Assembly (NCBI GenBank): GCA_963665975.1
Contig: OY762508.1
Coordinates: 2,535,922 to 2,599,921 of the forward strand
Reading direction: 5' to 3'
Length of the DNA stretch: 64,000 bases
Source: Rhodothermales bacterium
GTDB taxonomy: Bacteria; Bacteroidota; Rhodothermia; Rhodothermales; Bin80
The notes beneath the pieces were generated by a model, which saw nothing but the letters and a program-made list of their open reading frames with translations, ran no database searches and had not been told where the DNA came from. The translations under genes and the position numbers were made by a program. Positions 49,698-59,476 of this stretch are shown here, one piece after another (position 1 is the stretch's first letter; every line of letters begins with the position of its first letter).

Positions 49698-50798
49698 TTA
49701 GCCTTGCTGTTGCGTCTGTGCTGCTGGCAAGTCGTCAAACAGGCCAAGCTGATTGCCGGCAAGACGTCGGAAGCTATCGGTGTTAAGGGGTGGCCAGGAG
49801 GCATTGAGTCCGGCCATGCTGCAAGCCATATGAAACATACGATTAATGGTTTCTGCCCAAAGTCCTTCGCCTCGCATGCGGTGCCCGAAGCGACTGTCGG
49901 TAAGGTTGCCGCCTCTAATTTCTCGGATACGCTTCATGACCTTCTTCGCGCGTGTAGGGAATTCGGTTTCAATCCACTGTGTGAACAGCTCCTTAACCGG
50001 CCCCGGTAGCCTGACTATGGTGTAGCTAGCTCTCTGCGCACCATGTGCGGCGGCTGCTTGCACGATGCCGGGCAGTTCATCGTCCGTGAGGCCAGGAATG
50101 ACGGGCGCGACCATGACGCCTACAGGCACGCCGGCGTCAGCGAGTGCTTTTATTGCCTCCAGTCGGCGTCGCGGCCGCGAGGTTCTCGGCTCCATAACGC
50201 TCACGAGATCCGGCTGCAGCGTGGTAATCGAAATCATTACTCGGACCAAATTACGCCGAGCAAGGTCTGTCAGCACATCAAGATCCCGCAGCACCAGTGC
50301 GTTCTTTGTGATGATGGCCACCGGGTTGCGGTGGCGCAGGAACACTCCCAGGCACCCGCGTGAGAGTCGGAGCTTGCGCTCAATTGGCTGATACGGATCC
50401 GTATTGCCGGACAGTGCGACTACTTGCGGCTTCCAGGAACGCGAAGCGAATGCCTCGCCAAGCAGCTTGGGCGCCTCGGGCTTGACCAGGATGCGGGTTT
50501 CAAAATCAAGTCCGGCTGAGAATCCGAGATATTCGTGACTGGGCCGGGCATAGCAATAAATACAGCCATGCTCACACCCACGGTATGCGTTAATACTGTA
50601 TGTGAATCCCACGTCCGGGCTATTGTTGCGAGCGAGGATGCTGCGCGAGGCGTCTTCGAAATATTGCGTTGGGATTTGCCGGAGTTCGCTTTCCGAAAGC
50701 TCCGCAGGGTCGTATTCTACCGTTAGCGGTTCGAAACGGGTCTGCGGGTTGCTCGCGGCTGCGCGGCCCCGTCGCCTTGGCATGGGTTGCATTTCCAT
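49698..50798 (-). CDS. PA0069-family radical SAM protein (SplB/DNA-repair-photolyase-like)
   Basis: N-terminal RGRAAASNPQTRFEP.. and the CxxxCxxC cluster CEHGCIYCYA. 20 nt upstream of lhr on the same strand. Confidence 0.88.
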   Translation of the reverse strand: MEMQPMPRRRGRAAASNPQTRFEPLTVEYDPAELSESELRQIPTQYFEDASRSILARNNSPDVGFTYSINAYRGCEHGCIYCYARPSHEYLGFSAGLDFETRILVKPEAPKLLGEAFASRSWKPQVVALSGNTDPYQPIERKLRLSRGCLGVFLRHRNPVAIITKNALVLRDLDVLTDLARRNLVRVMISITTLQPDLVSVMEPRTSRPRRRLEAIKALADAGVPVGVMVAPVIPGLTDDELPGIVQAAAAHGAQRASYTIVRLPGPVKELFTQWIETEFPTRAKKVMKRIREIRGGNLTDSRFGHRMRGEGLWAETINRMFHMACSMAGLNASWPPLNTDSFRRLAGNQLGLFDDLPAAQTQQQG

Positions 50799-50839
50799 AT
50801 TCCGTTCCGATACGGGTTCGATTCATACAACACTCATTG

Positions 50840-50862
50840 AATATACATATAATTTGTATATT
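50840..50862. promoter_or_regulatory. Perfect inverted repeat AATATACA-N7-TGTATATT in the divergent promoter region (candidate operator)
   Basis: Arms at 50840-50847 and 50855-50862 are exact reverse complements. Lies 42-64 nt upstream of the radical-SAM start, inside an AT-rich patch. Confidence 0.4.
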
Positions 50863-51051
50863 ATGTCAATGTGAGGATTCCTCCAAACACTGACCCGTCT
50901 AGCAGGTAGTGCACCAGCGGGTGAGTGGCATATTCTACAGTATATCATGGAAGCAATTGAGACCAGTTACCGTATGCGCATATTGACAGCGCTGGCCGTT
51001 ATTATTATTGTCGCAATCCAATTGTGCTCGTCCCTACATACCTGAACAACC

Positions 51052-51975
51052 ATGTCGCAACGTCACGCCTGCACCGTCACACGCACGATCGCTGGAAGCC
51101 CTTCGGAGGTATATGAAGCGTTTACGTGCGCCGAATTCCTTGCACGCTGGTTCGCTCCGAGCTATGAGGTAACGCTGAGCGTGGAGTGCACGGCGATTTC
51201 CGGTGGCGCCTATCGCGTACAGATGCATGATCAGGACGGAAACACGCATCCCGTCGGTGGTTCTTACAAGACCACTAACCCGCCTTATTCTCTTGCCTTT
51301 ACATGGCAATGGGAGGCGGAGGCCTTCGCGGATATCGGCGAAACGCTAGTCAGCGTGGAAATCGATGAAGAGGAAGGTGGCTCGCGGGTTACGGTCAAGC
51401 ATGGAGGGTTTCCGAGCGAGGAGGTAGCGCGTCAGCATCGCGCCGGGTGGATGGGAACGCTGGGGCGTCTTGTACACCTGTTCGCGCCGCCTTCCACAAA
51501 GCATGTAGCAACTACTCTGGCCCTTCACCGACTATTGTATCATAATGCCCTGCGCGGCGTGTCGGAGCAGGACCTTATGCGCCGGCCAAACAAGCATACC
51601 AATCATTTGTTGTGGCTAGCGGGGCACGTCGCTCACAAGCGCGCCACCATGGCGCAATGTCTTGGGCAGCATGTGCAGTCCCCCCTGGAAGTGTTTGACG
51701 CGGTGATTGCCGACACGGCAGTGTATCCGTCCTCCGACGAAGTCAAAGGCTTCTTTGGTGCGGCGTCCTACGCGATATTTCTCGGCCTGAATGCAGTTAC
51801 GCCGGAAAATCTGGCCAAGCCTGCGTCAACGGACATGCCAATCAATGATGCGACGATTGCGGGGAAATTGGATTTTCTTCTCGACCACGAAGCGTACCAT
51901 ATTGGCCAAATGGCCTTCGTGCGTAAGTTTCTTGGCTATGAGGCAATGAGTTATCGGTCTGGGGCTACAGTGTGA
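51052..51975 (+). CDS. SRPBCC (Aha1-like) domain fused to a DinB/DinB_2-like four-helix domain
   Basis: N-terminal half: ..TRTIAGSPSEVYEAFTCAEFLARWFAP...VTVKHGGFPSEEVARQHRAGWMGTLGRL. C-terminal half: ..NHLLWLAGHVAHKR...LDHEAYHIGQMAFVRKFLG (His-rich DinB pattern). Confidence 0.75.
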   Translation: MSQRHACTVTRTIAGSPSEVYEAFTCAEFLARWFAPSYEVTLSVECTAISGGAYRVQMHDQDGNTHPVGGSYKTTNPPYSLAFTWQWEAEAFADIGETLVSVEIDEEEGGSRVTVKHGGFPSEEVARQHRAGWMGTLGRLVHLFAPPSTKHVATTLALHRLLYHNALRGVSEQDLMRRPNKHTNHLLWLAGHVAHKRATMAQCLGQHVQSPLEVFDAVIADTAVYPSSDEVKGFFGAASYAIFLGLNAVTPENLAKPASTDMPINDATIAGKLDFLLDHEAYHIGQMAFVRKFLGYEAMSYRSGATV

Positions 51976-52042
51976 GAATTACGGACACACTGTGGAGCGT
52001 TGTCGGTGAACGCCGTATTACAGGTGTAGCAGATTTCAGCAT

Positions 52043-53248
52043 ATGCCCAGGAAGCCTCCCACGATACAGGCCGATGCGGTAACGCGCCTGTGGTTGCATC
52101 GCCAGGGCTTTTCCGCCCCGCGTGGCTCGGTTGCACTATCCCGTGCTGCGCTGGTGAATCATCTTGCCAGAACCGGCGCGTTGCAACTCGACAGCGTCAA
52201 TGTGGTGGATCGCGCCCACTATCTCACTCTGTGGAGTCGCTTCGGGCCTTATGATAGAAAGCAGTTAGACCGATGGGTGTACGATGAGGGGTTGGCTTAC
52301 GAATATTGGGGGCACGAGGCATCCATACTTCCGATAGCACACTTGCCTATTGGCCTCAGGCGCATGCGCGGATTCCCTCCTGAACGATGGAGCGAGTCGT
52401 CCTGGTGGCAGAGGTTCAATGCGTCTGCTTCCTCCAAGCGCCGTGTATTGGGCAGATTGCGCAAGGAGGGTCCGCTGGAAAGTGCGGACTTCGAACGCAG
52501 GCCATCAGAAAAGCCGCCCTTGCATTTTTCCGCATACCCGAAGGAGGACAAACGCGCTTTACAGGTGCTCTGGCATGCGGGGCGAGTGGCTGTGCGTAGA
52601 AGGCGCCATTTTCGCCGGGTCTATGACCTTGCCGAGCGGGTCTATCCTACGGTAGAGCCGGTACGAACGACGGCATTAGAAGATAGCTGGCTCCTTATTG
52701 GCCTGAAGGGCAATGGCGTTGCCAGCGAACGGCATCTTGTGAATTACTGGACGGGACCGAGTCCGACGGCGGACTTGCGCAAGCGCATTATTGCGCGCAA
52801 TATGAAGGCGAAACGCGTCGTCAAAGTGGACGTCAACGGGTTGGAAGGGACTTTCTATGCGTTACCTGAGGATCTGGACTTGCTGCGCGACGCGCCGGAA
52901 GCGCACGGCACCACGCTGATCTGTCCGTTCGATTCCTTGCTTTGGCAACGGCAAAGGGCGGAAGACCTGCTGGGGTTCCGGTATCGAATCGAGATCTATG
53001 TGCCCCCGACCAAGCGTATCTATGGGTACTACGTATTGCCCATTATGCACAACGGTCGCATGGTTGGGCGCCTTGATCCAAAGTTGCACCGCACGACCGC
53101 CGAATTGGAAATCAAGACCATTCACATAGAGCCGGGATTCCAACCGGATGCCGCGTTCAAAACGGGGTTTAGTAGTGCGTTGGAGAGCCTTGCGACGTTT
53201 CTGGGCGCAAGCAAAATCCGCACTCCCACGGGATGGACAATATTGTAG
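52043..53248 (+). CDS. YcaQ/AlkZ-family (DUF1006) winged-helix protein, putative crosslink-repair DNA glycosylase
   Basis: ..AVTRLWLHRQGFSAPRGS...TGALQLDSVNVVDRAHYLTLWSRFGPYD...EYWGHEASILP..YGYYVLPI.. are characteristic YcaQ-family blocks. Confidence 0.85.
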   Translation: MPRKPPTIQADAVTRLWLHRQGFSAPRGSVALSRAALVNHLARTGALQLDSVNVVDRAHYLTLWSRFGPYDRKQLDRWVYDEGLAYEYWGHEASILPIAHLPIGLRRMRGFPPERWSESSWWQRFNASASSKRRVLGRLRKEGPLESADFERRPSEKPPLHFSAYPKEDKRALQVLWHAGRVAVRRRRHFRRVYDLAERVYPTVEPVRTTALEDSWLLIGLKGNGVASERHLVNYWTGPSPTADLRKRIIARNMKAKRVVKVDVNGLEGTFYALPEDLDLLRDAPEAHGTTLICPFDSLLWQRQRAEDLLGFRYRIEIYVPPTKRIYGYYVLPIMHNGRMVGRLDPKLHRTTAELEIKTIHIEPGFQPDAAFKTGFSSALESLATFLGASKIRTPTGWTIL

Positions 53249-53389
53249 TGGCGCGGTGGGTGGTAGCGTCCGCTCCCCGCGCCACGAGTATGTGATTACG
53301 GCAGTATCTCCAATAATGTCCGGCTTGCTTCGGAATGACAGTTGTTGCAATATGTAGTCGGAACATACGTAGCAGTCTGTGATAGTGTT

Positions 53390-53415
53390 AACGCGCTTGT
53401 TGAGCGCGTTTTTTC
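53390..53415 (+). terminator. Rho-independent terminator-like hairpin
   Basis: AACGCGCT (53390-97), loop TGTTG, AGCGCGTT (53403-10), then a T-run to 53414. Sits 7 nt before the larA-like ATG and 142 nt after the ycaQ-like stop. Confidence 0.45.
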
Positions 53416-53421
53416 AAGCCT

Positions 53422-54708
53422 ATGAGTACGCTGGCAGCTTCCACTATCGTTCGCCTGGACTACGGAAAGGAAGGTCTTTCACTCGACCTTGCCGGTCTGA
53501 ATACGACGGTCTTGCGTCCGCGGTTTATTTCCGGGTTACCGGACGAGCGGGCATCTTTTCAGGGGTCGTTGCGGAAGCCGTATGCGTCGCGTCCATTACG
53601 TGACATCGTGCAGGCCCACGAAACGGTGTCGATTGCCATTCCCGATATTACGCGGGCCTTGCCGAGTGACCGCCTGTTGCCTTGGCTCATGGCTGAGCTG
53701 GCGCATGTGCCGTCTGAGAATGTCTGCATCGTGGTCGGCACGGGCACGCATCGCGCCAACACGCGCGAGGAGCTTGTTGGCATGGTTGGCGCCTCTGTTG
53801 TCGAGCGCTACCGCATCGTCTGTCATGACGCCCGCGACAAGTCCACGATGCGCAAGGCAGGAGAATCGCCATTTGGGTACCCGGTGTATTTCAACAAGGA
53901 GTATGCGGCTGCCGACCGGCGCATCTTGATGGGCTTCATAGAGCCGCACTTCATGGCCGGGTTTTCGGGTGGATACAAGGCAGTATTTCCGGGAGTCGCC
54001 GATCTGGAGGCCATTCTTGAATATCACGGCTATGCGAACATTGCCCATCCGCGTAGCACGTGGGGTCTTTTGGAGGGCAACCCGACACAGGAGCACGTCC
54101 GTGCGGGGGGAGCGCTGCTTCCGGTGGATTTTCTGATCAACGTGACGTTAAACAGGGCACGCGCCATAACGCAGTTTTTCTGCGGCCACGTAATTGTAGC
54201 GCATGAGGCTGGATGTCGCTTTTCGAAGGATACCGCCATGGCGGGCGTAGAGGGAGCATTTCCGATCGTTGTAACGACCAACAGCGGGTATCCGCTTGAT
54301 CTCAACCTGTACCAGGCAGTCAAGGGGATGACTGCTGCGCATGCGATCACGAAGCCGGGTGGCCTTATCATTACGGCGGCTGAGTGCCGGAATGGATTTC
54401 CGGATCATGGGGCGTTCAAGCAGCAACTACTCCGCTATGCTAGCCCGAGCGCAGCCTTGCAGGCGATCAGTGCTCCCGACTTCGCGGAAATCGACCAGTG
54501 GTCGACCCAGAAGCTGCACCAGATCCTACTCAACAATCGCGTTCAACTCTTGAGCGTGATCGACCAGGAGTCCGTGCGGCGCGTGCATCTGGAGCCGATC
54601 ACCGATGTTCGTGCGGCCATCGATACGGAAATAGGCCGTCTTGGAGACCCTGACACAACCATCGCAGTCCTTCCGGAAGGTCCCCTGACTATTCCATATA
54701 TCAAGTAA
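53422..54708 (+). CDS. larA: LarA-like (DUF2088) nickel-dependent racemase/epimerase family protein
   Basis: 428 aa. N-terminal layout (..VRLDYGKEGLSLDL....VSIAIPDITRALPSDRLLPWL...VCIVVGTGTHRANTREEL..) matches the LarA N-domain as I recall it. No larBCE in the window. Confidence 0.7.
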   Translation: MSTLAASTIVRLDYGKEGLSLDLAGLNTTVLRPRFISGLPDERASFQGSLRKPYASRPLRDIVQAHETVSIAIPDITRALPSDRLLPWLMAELAHVPSENVCIVVGTGTHRANTREELVGMVGASVVERYRIVCHDARDKSTMRKAGESPFGYPVYFNKEYAAADRRILMGFIEPHFMAGFSGGYKAVFPGVADLEAILEYHGYANIAHPRSTWGLLEGNPTQEHVRAGGALLPVDFLINVTLNRARAITQFFCGHVIVAHEAGCRFSKDTAMAGVEGAFPIVVTTNSGYPLDLNLYQAVKGMTAAHAITKPGGLIITAAECRNGFPDHGAFKQQLLRYASPSAALQAISAPDFAEIDQWSTQKLHQILLNNRVQLLSVIDQESVRRVHLEPITDVRAAIDTEIGRLGDPDTTIAVLPEGPLTIPYIK

Positions 54709-54894
54709 TTGACACTTAAGCGATTTCAGTCCGTTGGTGCATTGCAGAAACCAAGCGGATTGGTGCGCGAAAGTAAAAGAGCGCCCTCCGACTTGTGAGG
54801 CTGTTGGTTGTGTATTTGCAAGGGTCTGTGCGAGGCAAGACCAACCCAAAGCGGCATTCGTGTAGGCCAAAAGGGTATTGCTTAGATTGCGGCT

Positions 54895-56277
54895 ATGCAG
54901 AAAATATCATTAAGGGAAAGAGTTAGCTACGGGTTAGGGGATTTTGCCTCTTCCATGTTCTGGAAGTTGTTTTCTTTCTTCCTGCTGTTCTTTTATACGG
55001 ATGTCGTCGGCTTGTCCGCCGCGGCTGTTGGCACCATGTTCCTAGTTACGCGGGTCTGGGATGCGGCCAACGATCCGATCATGGGCATGATTGGAGATCG
55101 TACCCGTACACGTTGGGGCAAATTCCGTCCGTATCTCCTGTTCGGCGCCATTCCGTTTGGTATAGTCGGGGCCTTGACCTTCACAACGCCGGACCTCGGC
55201 GCAACGGGAAGGCTGATCTATGCGTACGTCACCTACTCGCTCATGATGATGATGTATACGGCCATTAACGTGCCGTATGCCGCGCTCATGGGTGTGATGA
55301 GTGCTGACACGGGGGAGCGTACAACGCTCGCCTCGTGGCGATTCATTGGCGGTTTTGCAGGCGGCCTGCTAGTGACCGCTACAGCCAATTCCATGGTGGA
55401 ATTCTTCGGCGCATCCGGCAATATGGCCAGGGGGTATCAGCGGGCGGCTATTGTCTACGCCGTGGTGGCTGCCGGTTTGTTCCTGCTAACGTTTGCCGGC
55501 ACCAGAGAGCGTCTGAAGCCGGCGGTGGAGCGCTCGTCACGTCTCCGTGACGATTTGCGGGATCTGGCGCGAAATGGCCCCTGGTTTCTGATGTTGGGGG
55601 CGGGGATTTCGATTCTCATCTTCAACTCCATCCGCGATGCGTCCATTTTGTATTATTTCAAGTACTATGTGGGTGACCAGACGGTGCGGTTTCTTGGAGA
55701 GGTGAGTCAAGGTGTGCTGGCATCGGCATTCATGAGCTCGCTTCTTGCGGCAAGCATCCTCGGAGTAATACTCGCAAAGCCCGTTTCGGCACGCATTGGG
55801 AAGAAGCAGACGTTTATATTTTCCGGGATTATCACAACGGTTCTGAGCGTGCTCTTTTTCTTCCTGCCGCCGTCACAGATAGGAATGATCTTTTTGGTCA
55901 ATGTGCTGGTGGGCATCGCCAGTGGCATTGTGTTGCCCATAATCTGGGCCATGTATGCTGACGTGTCGGATTACTCGGAGTGGAGGACGGGTCGTCGGGC
56001 TACCGGGTTGATCTTTTCGTCGTCTTCGATGTCCCAAAAAATAGGGTGGACCATTGGCGGTGCATTCGCTGGCTGGCTCCTGGCCGCCTTTGGCTTCGTT
56101 GCTAACGTTGTACAGGGAGACGATGCGCTTCTCGGCATTCGTCTGATGATCAGCATCATCGCCGGTGCGGGCGCCTTGCTCTCTGTCGGATTCATGCTGT
56201 TCTATCCGCTGACCGAGAGCTATATGACCAGGGTCGGATCGGAATTGGAGGAGGCCCGGGCCAGGAGTATGGATTGA
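54895..56277 (+). CDS. GPH-family (MelB/YicJ-like) glycoside-pentoside-hexuronide:cation symporter
   Basis: 12-TM profile and the GPH signature YGLGDFASSMFW...RVWDAANDPIMGMIGDRTRTRWGKFRPYLLFGAIP. Confidence 0.88.
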   Translation: MQKISLRERVSYGLGDFASSMFWKLFSFFLLFFYTDVVGLSAAAVGTMFLVTRVWDAANDPIMGMIGDRTRTRWGKFRPYLLFGAIPFGIVGALTFTTPDLGATGRLIYAYVTYSLMMMMYTAINVPYAALMGVMSADTGERTTLASWRFIGGFAGGLLVTATANSMVEFFGASGNMARGYQRAAIVYAVVAAGLFLLTFAGTRERLKPAVERSSRLRDDLRDLARNGPWFLMLGAGISILIFNSIRDASILYYFKYYVGDQTVRFLGEVSQGVLASAFMSSLLAASILGVILAKPVSARIGKKQTFIFSGIITTVLSVLFFFLPPSQIGMIFLVNVLVGIASGIVLPIIWAMYADVSDYSEWRTGRRATGLIFSSSSMSQKIGWTIGGAFAGWLLAAFGFVANVVQGDDALLGIRLMISIIAGAGALLSVGFMLFYPLTESYMTRVGSELEEARARSMD

Positions 56278-56286
56278 GGAACGTAC

Positions 56287-57012
56287 TCAGCGTTCCAGGA
56301 CGGCACGGAGATGTTGCATCATGAATGCGGCGACGAAGCGGTTACCGGTCTCGTTAAGGTGTACGCCGTCGCTTGTCAGGAGGCCGTCGTGGCGTTTGTC
56401 GGTATTGTTTTCCTGCAGGTACTTCTCGAATGCCGCCCTGAGATCGCACAGGTGTGCGCCGGTTGATTCGGCAACCTGCCGTGAGATAGACGCATACTGC
56501 ATGAGGCGTTGATTGACGGGAGCATCGCTGCCAGGATCCTCTCCAATAACGCTGGGGGTGCACAGGAGGACCGTTGCGCCGATTCCTTGTATGGAGGCGA
56601 TCAGGTTGCGCAGGCCCGTTTCGTAGACATCCGGTTCGGTGCCCGTGGTATGATCGAACTCGAAATGGTGCCACACGTCGTTAATCCCAATATAAATGAC
56701 AACGTGCGTGGGCTCTTTCGCCAGCACATCTGTGTTCAGGCGTGCTTCGAGATCAGGCACCTTATTGCCGCTGATTCCGGCCCCGATGACTGAGATCGAT
56801 TTGTCCGGATAGGCAGCTTGCAGAGAATCTGCCACCAGCATGACGTAGCCGCCGGGCAATGCCCCTGCTTCTGTAATGGAATCTCCAAGAAAAACGATAC
56901 GGATACCGGTCTGCTCCTCCGAGTCAACCTCCGTCTGCCCTGCCTTGGCGCAGCCACCAAGGAAGATGAGAAATGCGGCGAGCAGGATGGAAATGGAATC
57001 AGGTCTACACAT
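56287..57012 (-). CDS. SGNH/GDSL-family hydrolase lipoprotein
   Basis: Lipobox (LIFLGGC; start ATG 57012), block I RIVFLGDSITE, block V ..DGVHLNETG... Confidence 0.85.
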   Translation of the reverse strand: MCRPDSISILLAAFLIFLGGCAKAGQTEVDSEEQTGIRIVFLGDSITEAGALPGGYVMLVADSLQAAYPDKSISVIGAGISGNKVPDLEARLNTDVLAKEPTHVVIYIGINDVWHHFEFDHTTGTEPDVYETGLRNLIASIQGIGATVLLCTPSVIGEDPGSDAPVNQRLMQYASISRQVAESTGAHLCDLRAAFEKYLQENNTDKRHDGLLTSDGVHLNETGNRFVAAFMMQHLRAVLER

Positions 57013-57214
57013 GATCGCAATAGTTTCGATGTAGGGTGGATAATGCTCTGTCAGGTACAATCATCCCGGAACGGGCCCCGTAATATAGACGGTAGCCAGC
57101 CATAGATTCTCTTCTTGCGCTTTGGTATACTCGAAAGAGTTATGCCTCGCTGGCCCTGGTATTCTGGCGGATATCACAAGGCAGCGCCCTGCACACCCCG
57201 TTCCAATCTGTCCC

Positions 57215-58156
57215 ATGAAGCACGTAATTCCGGTATTAACCAGTTTGATTCTGCTTGGCATCATCTCTGCTGCAACGTGTTCCGCACAGGAAGGCGGCCT
57301 GGATCCCACGATCCGTTCCGGTGCGACGGAGAAGGTTTCAGAGCATGTGTATCTGATTCCAGACGAAAAAAAACCTATCGTGCCGAACGTCGGATTCGTC
57401 GTCGGTGAGAAGACCACGCTGGTCATCGATACGGGCCTCGGAATGACCAATGGGCAAATCGTCCTTGTGGAAGCCCAAAAGCTTTCTGACACGGCCAGGT
57501 TTTATGTCGCTGCTACGCATACGCATCCAGAGCACGACTTGGGCGCCATGGCGTTTCCAGAGGATGCGACCGTGGTTCGGTCGGTCGGTCAAGAGCTGGA
57601 CATCGAGGAGTTAGGGATGGGGCTTGCGGAACGCTTTGCAACATTTTCGGCGCGCACGGCAGAATTGTTGGAAGGGGCTTATATACGCGCGTCTGACATT
57701 GTGTTTGAGGGCGCCGTAACACTGGATCTGGGCGGCGTGCATGTTCGCATCCTTGAGGTAGGTCCGACGCATACACGAGGCGATCTGGCTTTCCTTGTCG
57801 AAGAAGATGGTGTGCTCTTCACCGGCGACGTGGTGATGAACGAGTTTCCCATGCCGCTCAGTTCGACATCGAGTGTTCGCCGCTGGCTGGACGCGTTGGA
57901 TGAACTGGAAGCGCTGAATCCAACGCTGATAATTCCAAGTCATTACAGCACGGGCACGAAGGATATGATTGCGGTTTATCGGGATTTCTTCACCACGGTG
58001 CAATCCAGGGTAGACGCCCTTGCTACGGACGGCAAAACAGTCGAGGAAGTGGAACAGGTACTGCGCACGGAATTGGCGGCCAAGTTCAGTAGTTGGTCTG
58101 ATCCAGGCCGCATTGCGCGCACAATTGCTGTAGCGTTTCGAGAGCGGGGAAAATAG
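57215..58156 (+). CDS. Secreted metallo-beta-lactamase-fold hydrolase
   Basis: Signal peptide MKHVIPVLTSLILLGIISAATCSAQ. Metal motif ATHTHPEHDLG. Later ..GPTHTRGDLAFL.. and ..IPSHY... Confidence 0.85.
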   Translation: MKHVIPVLTSLILLGIISAATCSAQEGGLDPTIRSGATEKVSEHVYLIPDEKKPIVPNVGFVVGEKTTLVIDTGLGMTNGQIVLVEAQKLSDTARFYVAATHTHPEHDLGAMAFPEDATVVRSVGQELDIEELGMGLAERFATFSARTAELLEGAYIRASDIVFEGAVTLDLGGVHVRILEVGPTHTRGDLAFLVEEDGVLFTGDVVMNEFPMPLSSTSSVRRWLDALDELEALNPTLIIPSHYSTGTKDMIAVYRDFFTTVQSRVDALATDGKTVEEVEQVLRTELAAKFSSWSDPGRIARTIAVAFRERGK

Positions 58157-58387
58157 CGGGGTGATCAGCAGGCTGTCTTGTTAGCCCTGGTATGCTCTGT
58201 ACTTAGACGTTAGTTGCCAGCGGGAATAGGTCCATTGGTTGGCAGCGATTCTCAATTCAGGAGTTTTGCAAGAAGCTCCGCAGATCTCCCGCACACATTC
58301 GTCCACACAAATGGCCTTGAATCCTGTATTCGCAAGTATTGCAAGTCAAGCTCACAACTGATCATTCCGTTGCCAGAGACAAGTCCT

Positions 58388-59152
58388 TCAGAGAATGCTC
58401 TCAAGCAGAAAGCGTTGAATCCTGTCTCGGTTTGCCGTCAGGCTGGAAAACTGCTTATCGCAAATATCGCTGAAGCGAGCCAGCACGTTACGATTGATCG
58501 ACTCCTGGTTCTCGAAAATAGCAAGTGAGCGCACTGGAATCTCCCACTTCTCGAACTGGAGCAACGCGATTGTGGCATCGCGAGTCTTACTGTCGCTGTT
58601 AAGGGCGCTCACTATAAGCGGTCGGTCCATAGCATTGATACGGCAATCCACTGTGTACTTGCCTTTGGGATCTCGATCAGGATGGTGCCAGCGAAAAGTC
58701 ATGCGTTCTTCAGCGATGTTTTCGATCAGTATCGTCTTGAAGTCCTCAAAAAATGTGGACCGAACCCGTTCTCGCGACAGGAAGGATACATTGGAAATCT
58801 TCAGGATGGCTTGGACAAGGGAATACAGCGCATCCCCGAATCGCTCATTCGGTACGTGGAGCAGCAGTTCACCATCTCGATCTTCAATCTGGAAACTGGA
58901 CAACGCGTTCGATATGATCGTCCGTTGTGTGCCGGTTTGAAGGTCTCTCTCATTACCATCAAAAGTGAGGTGCATATACGTGTGCGCCTCATCGGAAAAC
59001 ACCCATTGCCCTTCCTCCTTTCGCAGGACAATTGCCAAATTGTCACCATCGTCGAAAGAAAAGGGGGTGAAAACACGGTAGCGGTCCAACCCTTCTGCTA
59101 CAAGTCGCACCTGCTTCGAGACCTTCTCGTGGAAGTCCTGCTCTATAGTCAC
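58388..59152 (-). CDS. DUF1828/DUF1829-like protein (function unknown)
   Basis: 254 aa with a GTG start. The pattern ..RYRVFTPFSFDDGDNLAIVLRKEEGQWVFSDEAHTYMHL.. resembles DUF1828 N-domains. The gene sits in an AT-richer stretch than its neighbours. Confidence 0.6.
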   Translation of the reverse strand: MTIEQDFHEKVSKQVRLVAEGLDRYRVFTPFSFDDGDNLAIVLRKEEGQWVFSDEAHTYMHLTFDGNERDLQTGTQRTIISNALSSFQIEDRDGELLLHVPNERFGDALYSLVQAILKISNVSFLSRERVRSTFFEDFKTILIENIAEERMTFRWHHPDRDPKGKYTVDCRINAMDRPLIVSALNSDSKTRDATIALLQFEKWEIPVRSLAIFENQESINRNVLARFSDICDKQFSSLTANRDRIQRFLLESIL

Positions 59153-59164
59153 TATGAACCTGAG

Positions 59165-59476
59165 CTACCCCTTTACAAATGAGTTGAGATGTGATTGGGG
59201 CGGACTCCCCAGCTTCACATCGTCGATCATGCGACCCAGAATATTCGGGTAGTCGCAGAAGCGATCAGTTTGTCCGGTGCCGGCCTTCTTGTGCATACCG
59301 ATTGTCCAATGCCTGATTGACGACATTTCGTTTGAAAAGGTAAGTTCCGCCCGTACGTCTCCTGTCTGCAGAACCGGTGGATTTTGCAGGGTGCGTGGTG
59401 CGCGGGGGAGTTGACGTGCGCTCTGGGCTATCCAATCTTGTGCCAAGTGAACCACAGCCTGGATGCGGACATACAC
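59165..59476 (-). CDS. Possible small ORF upstream of the DUF1828 gene (unknown; real start may be internal, MSSIRHW..)
   Basis: Stop lies 12 nt before the GTG of the DUF1828 gene. No recognisable family; coding status uncertain. Confidence 0.25.
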   Translation of the reverse strand: MYVRIQAVVHLAQDWIAQSARQLPRAPRTLQNPPVLQTGDVRAELTFSNEMSSIRHWTIGMHKKAGTGQTDRFCDYPNILGRMIDDVKLGSPPQSHLNSFVKG

